64,000 nt of DNA from Eutreptiella sp. 'Long Island Sound 2002' (taxonomy: Eukaryota; Protista; Euglenida). The notes under the pieces are model-generated. The model saw only the letters and a program-made list of their open reading frames with translations, made no database searches and was not told the origin of the DNA. Location: the NCBI GenBank assembly GCA_964036045.1, contig OZ038378.1, positions 158,596,001-158,660,000 of the forward strand, given 5' to 3'. Positions 31,738-42,366 of this stretch are shown piece by piece; position 1 is the first letter of the stretch; each line of letters begins with the position of its first letter. Made by a program: the position numbers and the translations under genes.

Positions 31738-33438
31738 TCAGCCTCTGCGCCTCTTGGGGTTAGTGCTGACATCCGTACTGAATCCTGACGACGAGCCCCC
31801 CCCTTCCGATCCCTCACTCGAGGTAGACGCACTCTCCATGTCCTCCGCCTCCGACACTGTCGTAGACGAGAACTCTGATCTCTGTGAGCTGGACACCTCC
31901 GACGACAGCTCTTCCAGCCCCAAGTCCTCCCACATTGGTTCTATCTGCGGTCTCTTGGCCACAGGCCTCTCATCGTTCGGATGGGACATGCGCCCTGCTT
32001 CTGCCAGGGCATCCGCCTCCTCATTACCCTGCACCCCGAGGTGTGACGGGATCCAGTGGATCTGCAGCTCGTCCCCCGCCCGTTCCCGCTCCCAGAGTAT
32101 GGTCTCCCACAAGTCCCTGTGCCCCACCTCCCCTGAGGACGTGCGCCACCCATGCCGACGCCGCTTTGGTGACCATTCCATAATTCCTTTAAAAACGTAC
32201 TCCGAGTCCATGACCACCGCCAATCTCTCGCCAGGGCGCCTGGCCAGTACTGCGTGCAGTACCCCCCGCAGTTCCCCCCTGCTAACCGACTGTTGTTCGC
32301 TAATCAGCACATGGGCTGAATGGTTCCGAGGGGACCCCCTGTGAAACCATACCCCAAAACCCGCCTGAGCCCAACCGCGCACCGTCTTTGCCGACCCATC
32401 AGTATATGCCACTGTCCACCCCCGCTGCTCCAGGGCTGCCAGCTGCTGTACTTTTCCATTTTTATATTTCACCCACTTCGCCTCTTTGAGCGCCAATGTA
32501 TCCGAGGCTCGCGGCGGGCGTGCCGTCGTGGGCTTGTGCGCCGGGCCCTTAAAAATACCCGGCATTGCTGGATCACTGAACCATCCGTCCAGGATTTCCA
32601 CAAATGTGTACAGATCCAGCCTGGAACAGGACATGTTCACTTCCGCGCGCCAACGCCGCAACACCCCCGCCCACCCGGCGATGAACTCGTCCAGTACTGG
32701 CATGTGCTTCTGGTACTGGGCCCGGCAGCGCAGGCTCCACTTTACCTTGAGCCCGGCCCATAGGAGCAAACCCTGCGTTGTGGTCAGCGACAGGAGGGGG
32801 TGATCACGCAGTAGCCGGCTCGGTTCTGCCACCCCCGAGGGTCCCTGTACTACCCCGAAGGCCCGCCGCACTGTGTCAAACATAAAGTTGCTAAAAAAGC
32901 AGTTTCGAAAAACATGCTCATGGTCCTCCACCCGACAGTCTAACGGGCACAGCTTCCCCCCCAGGCGTTCCATGCGTGTGCCCACAAGCAGTTTCTTCCA
33001 CGGGCACCGCTGGATGAAATCTCTGTCCCACCTGGGGAGGTGGAGCCGTCCAAACGCCTGCCACACTGGTGGTGGCTGCCGCGGCGCATGCCGCCGCGTG
33101 TGTAACATGAACAACAACATCTTCCTCGACGTCCACAACTGTCCCCACCTCCCCAAGTCCGGTCCCTGATACTGGTCGCTGGAACCGAGGATTTCCCCCA
33201 CCCTGCGTAGGTACACCGGCTGCCACGTCGGCGCCAGCAACTCCAACAACACCAGGGGGATGGCACCGTCCTCAACTAGGTCCCCCCACCGCATCACCCC
33301 GCGCTTGAGCAAGGCAAGACAGTGATAGGTCAGGCGTAGCGAGTTCGCCAGAAGCGCATTATGCCGCCGGCGGTGGACCGGCGGCGGCGGCACCTCACCC
33401 CCCCCACCTCCGCGTGATGGAATACGCTTTGAGCGCAC
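31738..33438 (-). CDS. LINE ORF2 C-terminus: zf-RVT cysteine domain plus RNase H
   Basis: CPLDCRVEDHEHVFRNC; YTDGS, SRGEL, MDSEYV, WIPSHLGVQGNEEADALA. Confidence 0.9.
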   Translation of the reverse strand: MRSKRIPSRGGGGGEVPPPPVHRRRHNALLANSLRLTYHCLALLKRGVMRWGDLVEDGAIPLVLLELLAPTWQPVYLRRVGEILGSSDQYQGPDLGRWGQLWTSRKMLLFMLHTRRHAPRQPPPVWQAFGRLHLPRWDRDFIQRCPWKKLLVGTRMERLGGKLCPLDCRVEDHEHVFRNCFFSNFMFDTVRRAFGVVQGPSGVAEPSRLLRDHPLLSLTTTQGLLLWAGLKVKWSLRCRAQYQKHMPVLDEFIAGWAGVLRRWRAEVNMSCSRLDLYTFVEILDGWFSDPAMPGIFKGPAHKPTTARPPRASDTLALKEAKWVKYKNGKVQQLAALEQRGWTVAYTDGSAKTVRGWAQAGFGVWFHRGSPRNHSAHVLISEQQSVSRGELRGVLHAVLARRPGERLAVVMDSEYVFKGIMEWSPKRRRHGWRTSSGEVGHRDLWETILWERERAGDELQIHWIPSHLGVQGNEEADALAEAGRMSHPNDERPVAKRPQIEPMWEDLGLEELSSEVSSSQRSEFSSTTVSEAEDMESASTSSEGSEGGGSSSGFSTDVSTNPKRRRG

Positions 33439-34612
33439 CTTGCAAAAAAATCGGCATCCTCAAGGGCACTGGGCCCAGCTGGAGGTAGCGGAGGTATTCC
33501 ACTTCTATCACCAGCCCAATGGAAAAAGCCCACCGCCGGAACGGCCCAGCATGTTGCTCCGCAAATTTTTCTGCCCGTAGGGCATACGTTACAAAAGTCT
33601 GGCTGTGCACCCACTGCGCATATGCCGACAGGCTGGCCTGCCCCAGCCTCCCCTCTGCCTGCGGCAGCTGCAATATTGGCATCGTCAAATGCCAGTTACT
33701 CAAGCCTAATGCCGTGCGATGCGTGAGGTCCAATTGCGAGCACACATGCTCCGTGGGTCGATAGGCCCGCGCCGTCAGATAGCAAACCGGAGCAATCCAG
33801 GACACAAACAAATGGGCTCTCTCCTCCGGGCTTAGAGACATAGACGCCACGGCTCGCGCACGCGTCAGCATTTTTGCCACCACCGGCACGTACGCTTTCT
33901 CCACGGAAACGTTTCCCAGTAGAATGCCCAGGTATTTGACCCACTCCTTCACTGTTACCCCTGCCACCGTGGCTGGCATGGTGTCCCCGTCACGCACTTT
34001 AACCACCGCAAAGGTTTTCGTCGGGTTCACCCTCAAACCAGAAAAATAGCCAAATACATTCAGCCGATATAGGGCTGCCCGCAGGTCACTTTGGTGCGTT
34101 GCCCCCCTCCCTGGCACACAGAACAGCATGTCATCGGCGTACAACAAAACGGTGAGCTGAATTTTTAAAGATTTAACATCATAAATCAACAGGACGGTAA
34201 TGACATCAAACAAGAGGGGGGAGAGCGGGTCCCCCTGCCGAATGCCTGATCCAGGCCGCAGCTGCACCGAGGGTTCAAAGGACTTGCCTACGCAAAAGAG
34301 AATGGGGCCCGCCATGACCGAAAGCAGCACCCGCACATATATTGCTTGCATCCCCAAAAACATCAGTGTGGCCTCCATCAGATTGAAAGTCACCGAGTCA
34401 TACGCTTTCCTAAAGTCTACTGCCACCATAATTTGCTCTGGCAGCCGCTCCCATTCTGATCGGGCAAAAATGATGTGATCGAGCATCTGTCTACCTGGTA
34501 GGAAGCCCTTTTGCTCGGGAGGGATGATTTGCTGCAGGGCGTCAATCACTTGTAACAAAATCGTGGTGGAAATCCATTTGAGACAGGCGTTTTGTAGTGC
34601 AATGGGGCGCAA
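33395..34612 (-). CDS. LINE reverse transcriptase (5'-truncated; frameshift to the next piece near the C-run at ~33400)
   Basis: RPIALQN, VDFRKAYDSV, GIRQGDPLSPLLF, LYADDML, YLGILL. Confidence 0.92.
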   Translation of the reverse strand: MRPIALQNACLKWISTTILLQVIDALQQIIPPEQKGFLPGRQMLDHIIFARSEWERLPEQIMVAVDFRKAYDSVTFNLMEATLMFLGMQAIYVRVLLSVMAGPILFCVGKSFEPSVQLRPGSGIRQGDPLSPLLFDVITVLLIYDVKSLKIQLTVLLYADDMLFCVPGRGATHQSDLRAALYRLNVFGYFSGLRVNPTKTFAVVKVRDGDTMPATVAGVTVKEWVKYLGILLGNVSVEKAYVPVVAKMLTRARAVASMSLSPEERAHLFVSWIAPVCYLTARAYRPTEHVCSQLDLTHRTALGLSNWHLTMPILQLPQAEGRLGQASLSAYAQWVHSQTFVTYALRAEKFAEQHAGPFRRWAFSIGLVIEVEYLRYLQLGPVPLRMPIFLQGALKAYSITRRWGG

Positions 34613-35929
34613 GTCCTTTGGCCATTCCGCGCCTGCAAACTTGGGCGTAGCTTATACAAGGGGGGGGGGGGGGGTAGGTCTAAAGGTCTCCCACTACTGT
34701 TGAAGGAAAAGATGCCATCCATTAAGGTATTGCCGCAGCTCACATGTTAATTTACAATCCGGCCCAGGTACAAGGCCAGCAAGTAGCGCATCAAGGGTGA
34801 TGACCACATCTCTCCATAGTGCACTGGTGTAAAACTCAAATGCGTGGCGTTCTTCAACAGTACAATAGGCACAGATCGATTGTCTTATCCCAAAGGGGGG
34901 AGGGGGGTCCCTCTCATCGCACATTTCCCAAGAGCTAGCAGAGCCACACCATACATCTGGTACCCTTCACGGGCAACCAGGAGACCCAGTGTACATTGGG
35001 AAATCCAAAGGTGCGGCAACACCGGATGGCCCATTTCTTTGCTGGGGTAGGCGCTATACCCCCGCATACCACAATGGCTCATGGGTATGCAGGCTCACAT
35101 GGGGGTGGGGGAAGAGCAGTGGCTATCTTTGCCCACTTATCAACTTTTGCTTCGCGATCCTCAGCACTGGTAGCCTCTAACTTTTTTTGTGGCTGGGGTC
35201 AAAATTACCTTTACTTTTTTACTTTTGACAAAGCTGCATCAGTTCTGCAACAATACGAGACAGCCCCGGGATCGAAATATACTCTCAAAATATACCATAG
35301 CTTCTTCCCCTTTCAATGATAGGAGCCGAGGTTGACACACAAGGAGCCACTTATATTCCTACCTTGAGTATATCCGCAATGCGACCTTGGATCGCCACAA
35401 CCTTGTGAGGGCCCCATCATCTTCCTTGTGTGAAATCTTCTTTTCTCTGGGCAGGCTCATGGGTGAGTCCGGTGATGGCCTCATTCGTCCCGGTATCTTC
35501 CTAGTGGTACATGGATGCTTGGCCCCGGCTAGGGAGTAGGCAATTTCACATGGTGCTTTTGCGTGCTTGTGTAAACCATTCCAGATTAGTGCGTGTCTTA
35601 AACCCGGTATATAATATGCTAAGTCCACCTCATGCACCCATGTCTGATATGCTTTTCCCATGTACTGCAGCCACTTACCCACCCTCCTACACCACATACC
35701 GTCATAGTGCTGTGCTCTGGAGACACCTTGGCACCCGGCGTCATGTACTTTCTGTGCTGCCTGCACCATTCTAGCGGCTTGGTACCCGACCCTGGAGCCA
35801 ACAATTTCTCCATCACTCCATCACAAGGGATCAAAAATACCTTTGCCTGTTTCCTGACTAAAGTGGTGGGCAATCATGCCCACCAATCTGTGTTGCATGG
35901 CCTCATTACGCCAAAAAATGGTGCTGATG

Positions 35930-37980
35930 GGGGCGGGGGGGGGGGGGGTGTTTGCTTGGCGCGCACCTGGTGCGCTTCTTTTATATTAAATATCTTGACT
36001 CATACCCCGGATTTAACCCCCTAGAGGAGCCCCCCAAGTCAACCACAGTGGACCGCAAACCCGCCCTACAAAGCACACCGCATAAGGCAAAATGGAGAAT
36101 TTCAACATCAACGTGTATTACTAATGTACTGCTTAACAAACAATTTGTTCCCCACAAGTGTGGGCAACAATACATTCATAACAATAGTGGTGACGCTGGA
36201 GTGCTTCTGACAACAAGGCACACACATTTGCGTCATCCTCTCCTTAGTCTTGTGTGGCGGCCGAGTTGCTTTTATTAGTCCAAACATGAGTCAAGACATG
36301 GTCCCATGGTCCATAAGAAGGGTGATGGACCCGCCTCTGAATGCAAAACTGTGTGAAACATAACAGAACACACTCTGACTGGTGCAACTCATTAGGGCCA
36401 CCACACCAAATATTCCCTGCGCATCCCACATGCTCTTATCCTATGTTGGGCTTTGCCCTCACATAGGACTTGAGTTCGTTGTATTCAGCTGCAATGGAAC
36501 TTTACATGCGTGATCCTGATACAATCCACACACCACAGAGCTTACCCACTTGGATTGGCCCACAGATGTTGCCCCTATGTGTCCTACACGCACTTGTCCC
36601 GTGTTGGGTTTTGCCTGTACACAAGACCGGGCTGCACTATGTATGCACTTAGAGTCGCATGTTCCCAGCGTCATAGCCCCCCATCGGAAAATCAAAGAAA
36701 TCACCGCACGTACGAGACAATCCATACCCATCCCAAAATAGAACATCTGTGGATGTTCCAGGGGCCAAGGGGCAAATCCATAGAATGTTGCCCAACATAT
36801 CAACAGCAACAGTTACCTTGTAAACATGCGACACATACTTAGGCTTCCACAAGTCAGCACTCCATATGCCACCAATGGAACTGATGGGCAGGGATTCCTC
36901 GAAATGTGTCACAAAGAACGGAAAAATGGGGAGAACAGTTGAAAGGATTCAACTTGTCGGCCTAGGGAATTTCTTGTACAACAAGGTGAAGATATTCAGG
37001 AACATAGGAAACACTTTGACGCCAAGCCACCTCCAAACACCCTTTGGTGCCCAGCAACAACGGTTTCTGCGGGTGGGGTGTGTTTCATCCAAAGAAAGAA
37101 ACAAAACAATGGCTCCCGGTCAAGAAGCTGTGGATGGCTATATTTCCTCAAAAATTCCTCCATAGTGTATGCGTGTGCACCCATCCGAGCGACTTGGATA
37201 CGTACAGAGGTGGTGTTTCAACGCTTCTCCCACCAATGCACACCATTGTTGTTACCATCATCGCAAACTGGGTGCAAAGTGTGGGCCAAATTCTGAGACA
37301 TAACGAGGAGATACTCCTAGATCACATGCCCCGTCTTCTTGCTCTCCCTCTCACGCTCTTCTTCTTGGTACTCTCGGTAGACGGTGGTAGCATAGCGTCA
37401 CGTTTGCGTTTGGGCTTGGGTCTCGCACCAGTAGGTTGGGGTTTGGGATGTGGTTCAGGAATTGAACTAGAACTTGAAGTAGAACTTGAAGTAGAACTTG
37501 AGCTAGAACTGAAATTGGCAATTGGGTTCAACATTGCAACAATGCTGCATTGCCCTTTGGTTGCGGGGAGTGGAGCCGATGGACTCCTCTTCCGAGCCCA
37601 AACGTGAAACATCTTAGTCCCCTACACCCCTGAAATGTGGTAGACTAACAATCAAAACTAACAAAATGAATGAAAGTAAAAGTAGGTCCATATTCCCAAT
37701 CAGAAAGGGGCAAGTCCACATACCCAACTGGAAAGGGGCCACTCCATATCCCCAACTGGAAAGGGGCCATTCCATATCCCAACTGGAAAGGGGCCGGTCC
37801 ATATCCCCAACTGGAAAGGGGCCGGTCCATATCCCCAACCGGAAAGGGGCCATTCCATATCCCCGACTGGAAAGGGGCTGGTCCATATCCCCAACCACAA
37901 AGGGGTCATGCAAAAAGCGTGGATTAGGGCTCCGTATCAAAAGTGGCCCAAAAAGATGCCCGGCGCACTGATGCTCCGCG
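35930..37980 (-). mobile_element. Degenerate PIF/Harbinger-like (DDE_Tnp_4-type) transposon; transposase relic ~36270-37230
   Basis: KPKYVSHVYKVTVAVDMLGNILWICPLAPGTSTDVLFWDGYG; later NIWCGGPNELH...YGPWDHV; multiple stops and frameshifts; ends match the MITE at 62536-62885. Confidence 0.55.
37683..37905 (+). repeat. 28-bp minisatellite, ~8 copies (CCGGTCCATATCCCCAACTGGAAAGGGG)
   Basis: Direct reading; head-to-tail, no spacers. Confidence 0.9.
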
Positions 37981-39218
37981 CTGGTGAGGTCCATTTTCCC
38001 CTCCTTTGCGCCCTTCTGTAGCAGATGCTCTGCATGGGGGATGGCAGCTGCTTCATCTCATAGCTCCTACCAAAGCTCTTGGACCTCATTAATGGGAGGG
38101 CATTTGGTCCTGTCCACTTCCACCCAAACCTCCAACATCCACCCCACCCTCTTGATGACGGCGTTCCCAACCCTGCAGGCACGATGGCTGTAGTACCCAA
38201 TGCACCTGCAGGGCACAATGCATATCAGAAAAGCCCCCCACCTACACAGCACATCACAACTGCCAGAGGGTATCTAAAATTGGACACCACCAACTCTTCT
38301 GCTACAGGTTGCTGACCATGATGAGAAAGCAACGGAGAAATGCTCTGCTTAGTGCAGGCAGACCAATTATTTTTCGCGGCAGCAGCTTCCAGAAATTCTT
38401 GGGTGTAGGGTGGGGCTGCAACCCTCCTGGGGTGTAGAGACTGCAATCACGCAGACATGGATTTGGAGGGAACAACGGATGCAACATATCAGAGGGGGCA
38501 TAGAGAGGTCACTACAAAGAGCGTTACAGCAGACCAAATGTGATATGCTTACACAGAACAGAGCGCTCCGTCAACAAGAGACTGGGGATTCCAGAGGTGG
38601 GAAACATGCAGCCCCTCAGCAAATACCTGTGCGGGACATGAGACACTTGAGCATCTCCCAATCTTGAAGTTCTTGTGCTTTGGCTTGCATCTAATGCATG
38701 AGCAATCAACAGCATGTGGCTTGACGTACAGAAGATGCCCTGCCTGTTTCTGACCAAGGCATAAAAGAACGCAGGGCATCCAAAGGAGGAAGCTACCTTC
38801 CACACAACCCCTCTCACCATCCTATCGCAAGACGCACCCCTGATTTCCTCCAGATTGCAAAATCAAATTATCCGCGGACATATGCTCTCTCACATGCAGT
38901 CCGGAAGGTAAGAACGGCACTTGTTAGATTTCTACCCGTGCAACAATGATCAATGATTCCAGCATCCACGTGCAGGCTGCACAACTTGGAGCATTTTGAA
39001 TATGCCTGGAATACATCCCTCTGGGGACATGGAGCAGTACCTTTGTGCAACTTTGCGAAAACAGTCGTCAGCGGCTGTCCAATATTCCAGCAGCAACCGC
39101 AATGCAAAAGCTGTGATTTCTCACATAGCTGCCCCTGCCTATGCCACCAGGAGGAGTGCCAGCGGGTGCCGAGTCCTCCATGAGAACGCATGCAAGGGCT
39201 CTCCAACCAGCATCCCTA

Positions 39219-39972
39219 GGGGGCGTTGTCGCACGGTGCGCGCACGGTGCGCGCACGGTGCGTGCACGGTGCGCGCACGGTTCAATGTTTTTGGGATGGT
39301 TGCCCAACTTGTACCCCGTTGAATGGCCCCCATAGAAACACACCCAGGGTCCTGATTTCTGCACCTTGCAGTCCATACTGGCATACCAGGATTCTTCAAT
39401 TTTTAGTCTGATGCTTGTCACAGGTTCCAGGGTCCTATTTTCTGCACCTTGCGGCCCCTATTGGCGTACCGGGAATTTTTTTTTTTTGAATCTGATGCTT
39501 GTCACAGGTTCCAAGCTCCTGATTTCTGCACCTTGCACGCACCTCTGTAACAAACCATGCACAGGCGACAACACAGGCGATAACACTGGTTGGGTTACGG
39601 GACTTGTGTCTTGACTTGGGTCTTGTGGCCTGAGAACAGGATATACAAGAACGGTGGCTGCGAGTCATGCAGCGCAAGGAACTAACATGTGTGCCCTGCT
39701 GCGCATCCTCGGGTGCATGCTCGTACAAGACCTCTTCACCACCCAATTCGTACCGAATAGAGACGCGACGCCCACCTCTTGGAGAAGGGCCAACGACAGT
39801 GGCCGACACCCTATCCCCGTTGGAGCGGTGGTAGTACACAGGCAGTCCGGCGACAAGCCAGGGCAGCTCAGATTCAGGCATTGTGGATCTGGTGGACACA
39901 GAATACGCAAAAAGACGCACGGTGCGCGCACGGTGCGCGCACGGTGCGCGCACGGTTCAGGCAACACCCCCC
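39219..39972 (-). mobile_element. Non-autonomous TA-TSD element retaining a first exon with the unknown domain
   Basis: TA|GGGGGCGTTGTC...GGCAACACCCCCC|TA; (GCACGGTGCGC)n arrays at both ends; CAG acceptor before MPESELPWLVAGLPVYYHRSNGDRVSAT (ATG 39881). Confidence 0.7.
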
Positions 39973-41760
39973 TAGTCTCTTCGCCTCCATCTCTCCATCC
40001 GGATATATATTGCAGGAACCTGTTCTCAACTCCGCCGCTGCTCCTTGGCAGCATGGTGATTTAGATATAACATCCTCTGTCCCGGGTTCCCCAACATGGG
40101 GAGGAATCAATTTGGTTGCGCTCCGGTGAGTAACAAGGAAATTGCCGAAAAAGCCGATCAACACAGAGAAAACAAAGAAGCGCAGTCTGACCAACACTGC
40201 CAAAAAACTGTGCTACTTAGTCTTTTTTTTCAGAGATATCTTGTTAATTCGCAAGGTGTCACCTCAAACAAACTTACTGCATTTGCTGCGTGGCTTGTGC
40301 ACGGTGGCCCTGGCATGTATGAGCCGGCAGGAGTGGGTTTGGCACACCGATCTGCAGGAACAACGGAATAGGTCTTCTCCCATTTCCCAACAATCAGCAG
40401 CAGTGCACCACCTGACCCAGGGAGGGAAGTCGAAGGGAGGAGGGTATTACTGCAAGCAAGCGGTGATCGCCAGACACTACCAGACTTGGGGTGTGAGAAG
40501 TGGGTCAGGGCGTGAAGGTGCAACATAGAGCTAGTCACAACACAAGAACAATCCAGAAAAAAGAAACAGGATTGTTTCATGGTTCCTGTTACCAACACTC
40601 CAAACAACAGTCAAATGATAACTCCAATACTTAATTGCATCAACAAAAGTGTCAATCTACAACATTCAACATGTAAACCATCGCACATAATACCGCACAT
40701 CGCTGATTAAGGTCAGCATGTGCACCAAGATGCAAGCTGTCTTGGCAAGGGTCATAGTTCTGGACTAATGCTATCATTAGGTGATGGATGTGGGTAAATC
40801 AGTGGAAAAAAAAAACAGATTGCAAATGGAGGAATAGGCTACAGAGTGCACAGGTTTTAGGATGGCGCTGAAACTAACTGGTATGTGCCGCTGCATACAG
40901 CAAGGCACTGTTGAAGCCTGACATGGGCTTTGGTGTTCTTGAAAACAGGCTGCAGTAACAACCACTCAAACAAAGGCCCTAATCAAACGTTGTACCAGCT
41001 GTCAGCAACACCAGCAACCAACCTGTAACCTCGATGCGAAAGCAAACAGAATTAGAGGACTCTGCCCAGCGGCCAGCGCTATAGGCACCAGCCTAGCAGC
41101 CTCATGGGCTTGTCAGAAGCGGGCATCCAGTCTTTGCGCTGGTGGTGGCCGAAGGAGTGGCCTGCCGTGTGCCAATGGGCCTGAAGTGATGCACGTATGC
41201 AGGCCCTGCAACGTTCAGGCGCTGCAAGATTCAAGTGCCGCGTCCGTCTTCTGCACTCAGAAGGTGGTCCCATGGAACAGGTCCCAAGTCCAGAGTATGT
41301 CAATTGCTAGAGCCCTTTATGGCAACTCTTGTTGAGCCCACCGGTGCCTGCTTTCAGTGGAGTTAACGCAGGATATGTCATGTGTTTGGTGCCTCTGTCA
41401 AGCCATGTTGGCTCTGCAGTTGCCGAGTGGACAGCCCACGTGCCCTTTTCGTCTCGTTGTCGTGGCTGGCGAGCCTATTGATGGGTCTGCAGTCTTGGCA
41501 GAGCCACCCTGCCATCTTTTGATGACTGGTGGCGTGCAATGTATCAAGCTCTGCCTAACCTGAGTATCCGTCTGTGTTGTTGGTTCTGCGCAACCATTTT
41601 TATTTGATCGGCCCTCGAGGATTCCAAAGGCGAGACCACTGGAAAATCAGTCCCAAGAGCAACCACCGTCACTGCGTTTGGTATAAACGGCCAGTTTCAG
41701 GCAGTGTGCACAAGCGGTGACAAACCGATGCAGCAGCAGCTAAGCGCATCAACGCAGCAC

Positions 41761-42366
41761 TCAATCGCACCCCTCCAGCAGAGCTCCAAAGAAATATCCC
41801 GCCTGGTGACTAGATGGCAACACACGGCAGTCCACTTGAATACCCTTCTCCAGCAGCTTTTGCGGCAGCAGTCTCTGCATTTCTTCAATCAGTTTACTGC
41901 GCACCACCTCACGCACCTTCCCATCAATGAACGCATCTGCCCCCGGGATCCTCATCCGCGTGATGCACTCCCTCATCGTTGCAAAGTCATGCGCAAACTC
42001 TGCCCCCTTCACTTGGGGCAGCAGTTGCTTGGTGTCGATCTCTTCCATCACCAATCGAAACACCATGTAGGCCCCTTTGCGAAACACAGGGGTCACCGCC
42101 ACTTGCAATCCTAACTCTTGCAGCTTCTCGGGAAGCAGCTGTTTGATCTTTGCAACCATTGCATCGGTCACCCTTTCTTCTTTCATCATCCGACCCGCCA
42201 ACAGCGCCGCTTGTCGCCGCAGCCAATCTGACGGATATCGTTCTTTCACTATGGTCTCAACCGCCTCCGGCTTATTCAGCAGTGCCAGGTTGAGGTACAG
42301 TGCATCTTCCACTGGAACATGACTGAAATCGCCAGATGACTCAGGTCTCATGTCTCTTTGGGACAT
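41761..42366 (-). CDS. Hypothetical protein, 201 aa, intronless, with an internal repeat (LLPEKLQELGLQV / LLPQKLLEKGIQV)
   Basis: Clean ATG-to-stop ORF with globular, protein-like composition; TTTTTAG acceptor 9 nt upstream of the ATG. Confidence 0.8.
   Translation of the reverse strand: MSQRDMRPESSGDFSHVPVEDALYLNLALLNKPEAVETIVKERYPSDWLRRQAALLAGRMMKEERVTDAMVAKIKQLLPEKLQELGLQVAVTPVFRKGAYMVFRLVMEEIDTKQLLPQVKGAEFAHDFATMRECITRMRIPGADAFIDGKVREVVRSKLIEEMQRLLPQKLLEKGIQVDCRVLPSSHQAGYFFGALLEGCD

Larger units (their letters stand above)
31565..34642 (-). mobile_element. 5'-truncated L1/Tx1-like LINE with C-terminal RNase H; 13-bp TSD
   Basis: TSD GGGCGTAGCTTAT at 31552-31564 and 34643-34655; begins inside the RT (KDLRPIALQN); no poly(A). 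Confidence 0.9.
29125..34674 (-). mobile_element. pogo/Tigger-like DNA transposon (TA TSD) with a duplicated left end and a LINE inside the right end
   Basis: TIR (C)nTTGTATAAGCTACGCCCA / TGGGCGTAGCTTATACAA(G)n, TA at 29123-24 and 34675-76; left 135 bp tandemly repeated (29125-29259, 29260-29394); DDE_1-like transposase. Confidence 0.9.

Noticed and set aside
31574-32763. Plus-strand ORFs overlapping the LINE (and similar antisense ORFs over gag and the PLE)
   Set aside because: Antisense shadows of GC-rich coding sequence.
34680-35900. Integrase or other TE coding relic
   Set aside because: Short protein-like stretches only; no catalytic motif could be assigned.
37683-37905. 28-bp repeat array as a CRISPR
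   Set aside because: Units are head-to-tail with no unique spacers; no cas genes; eukaryotic context.
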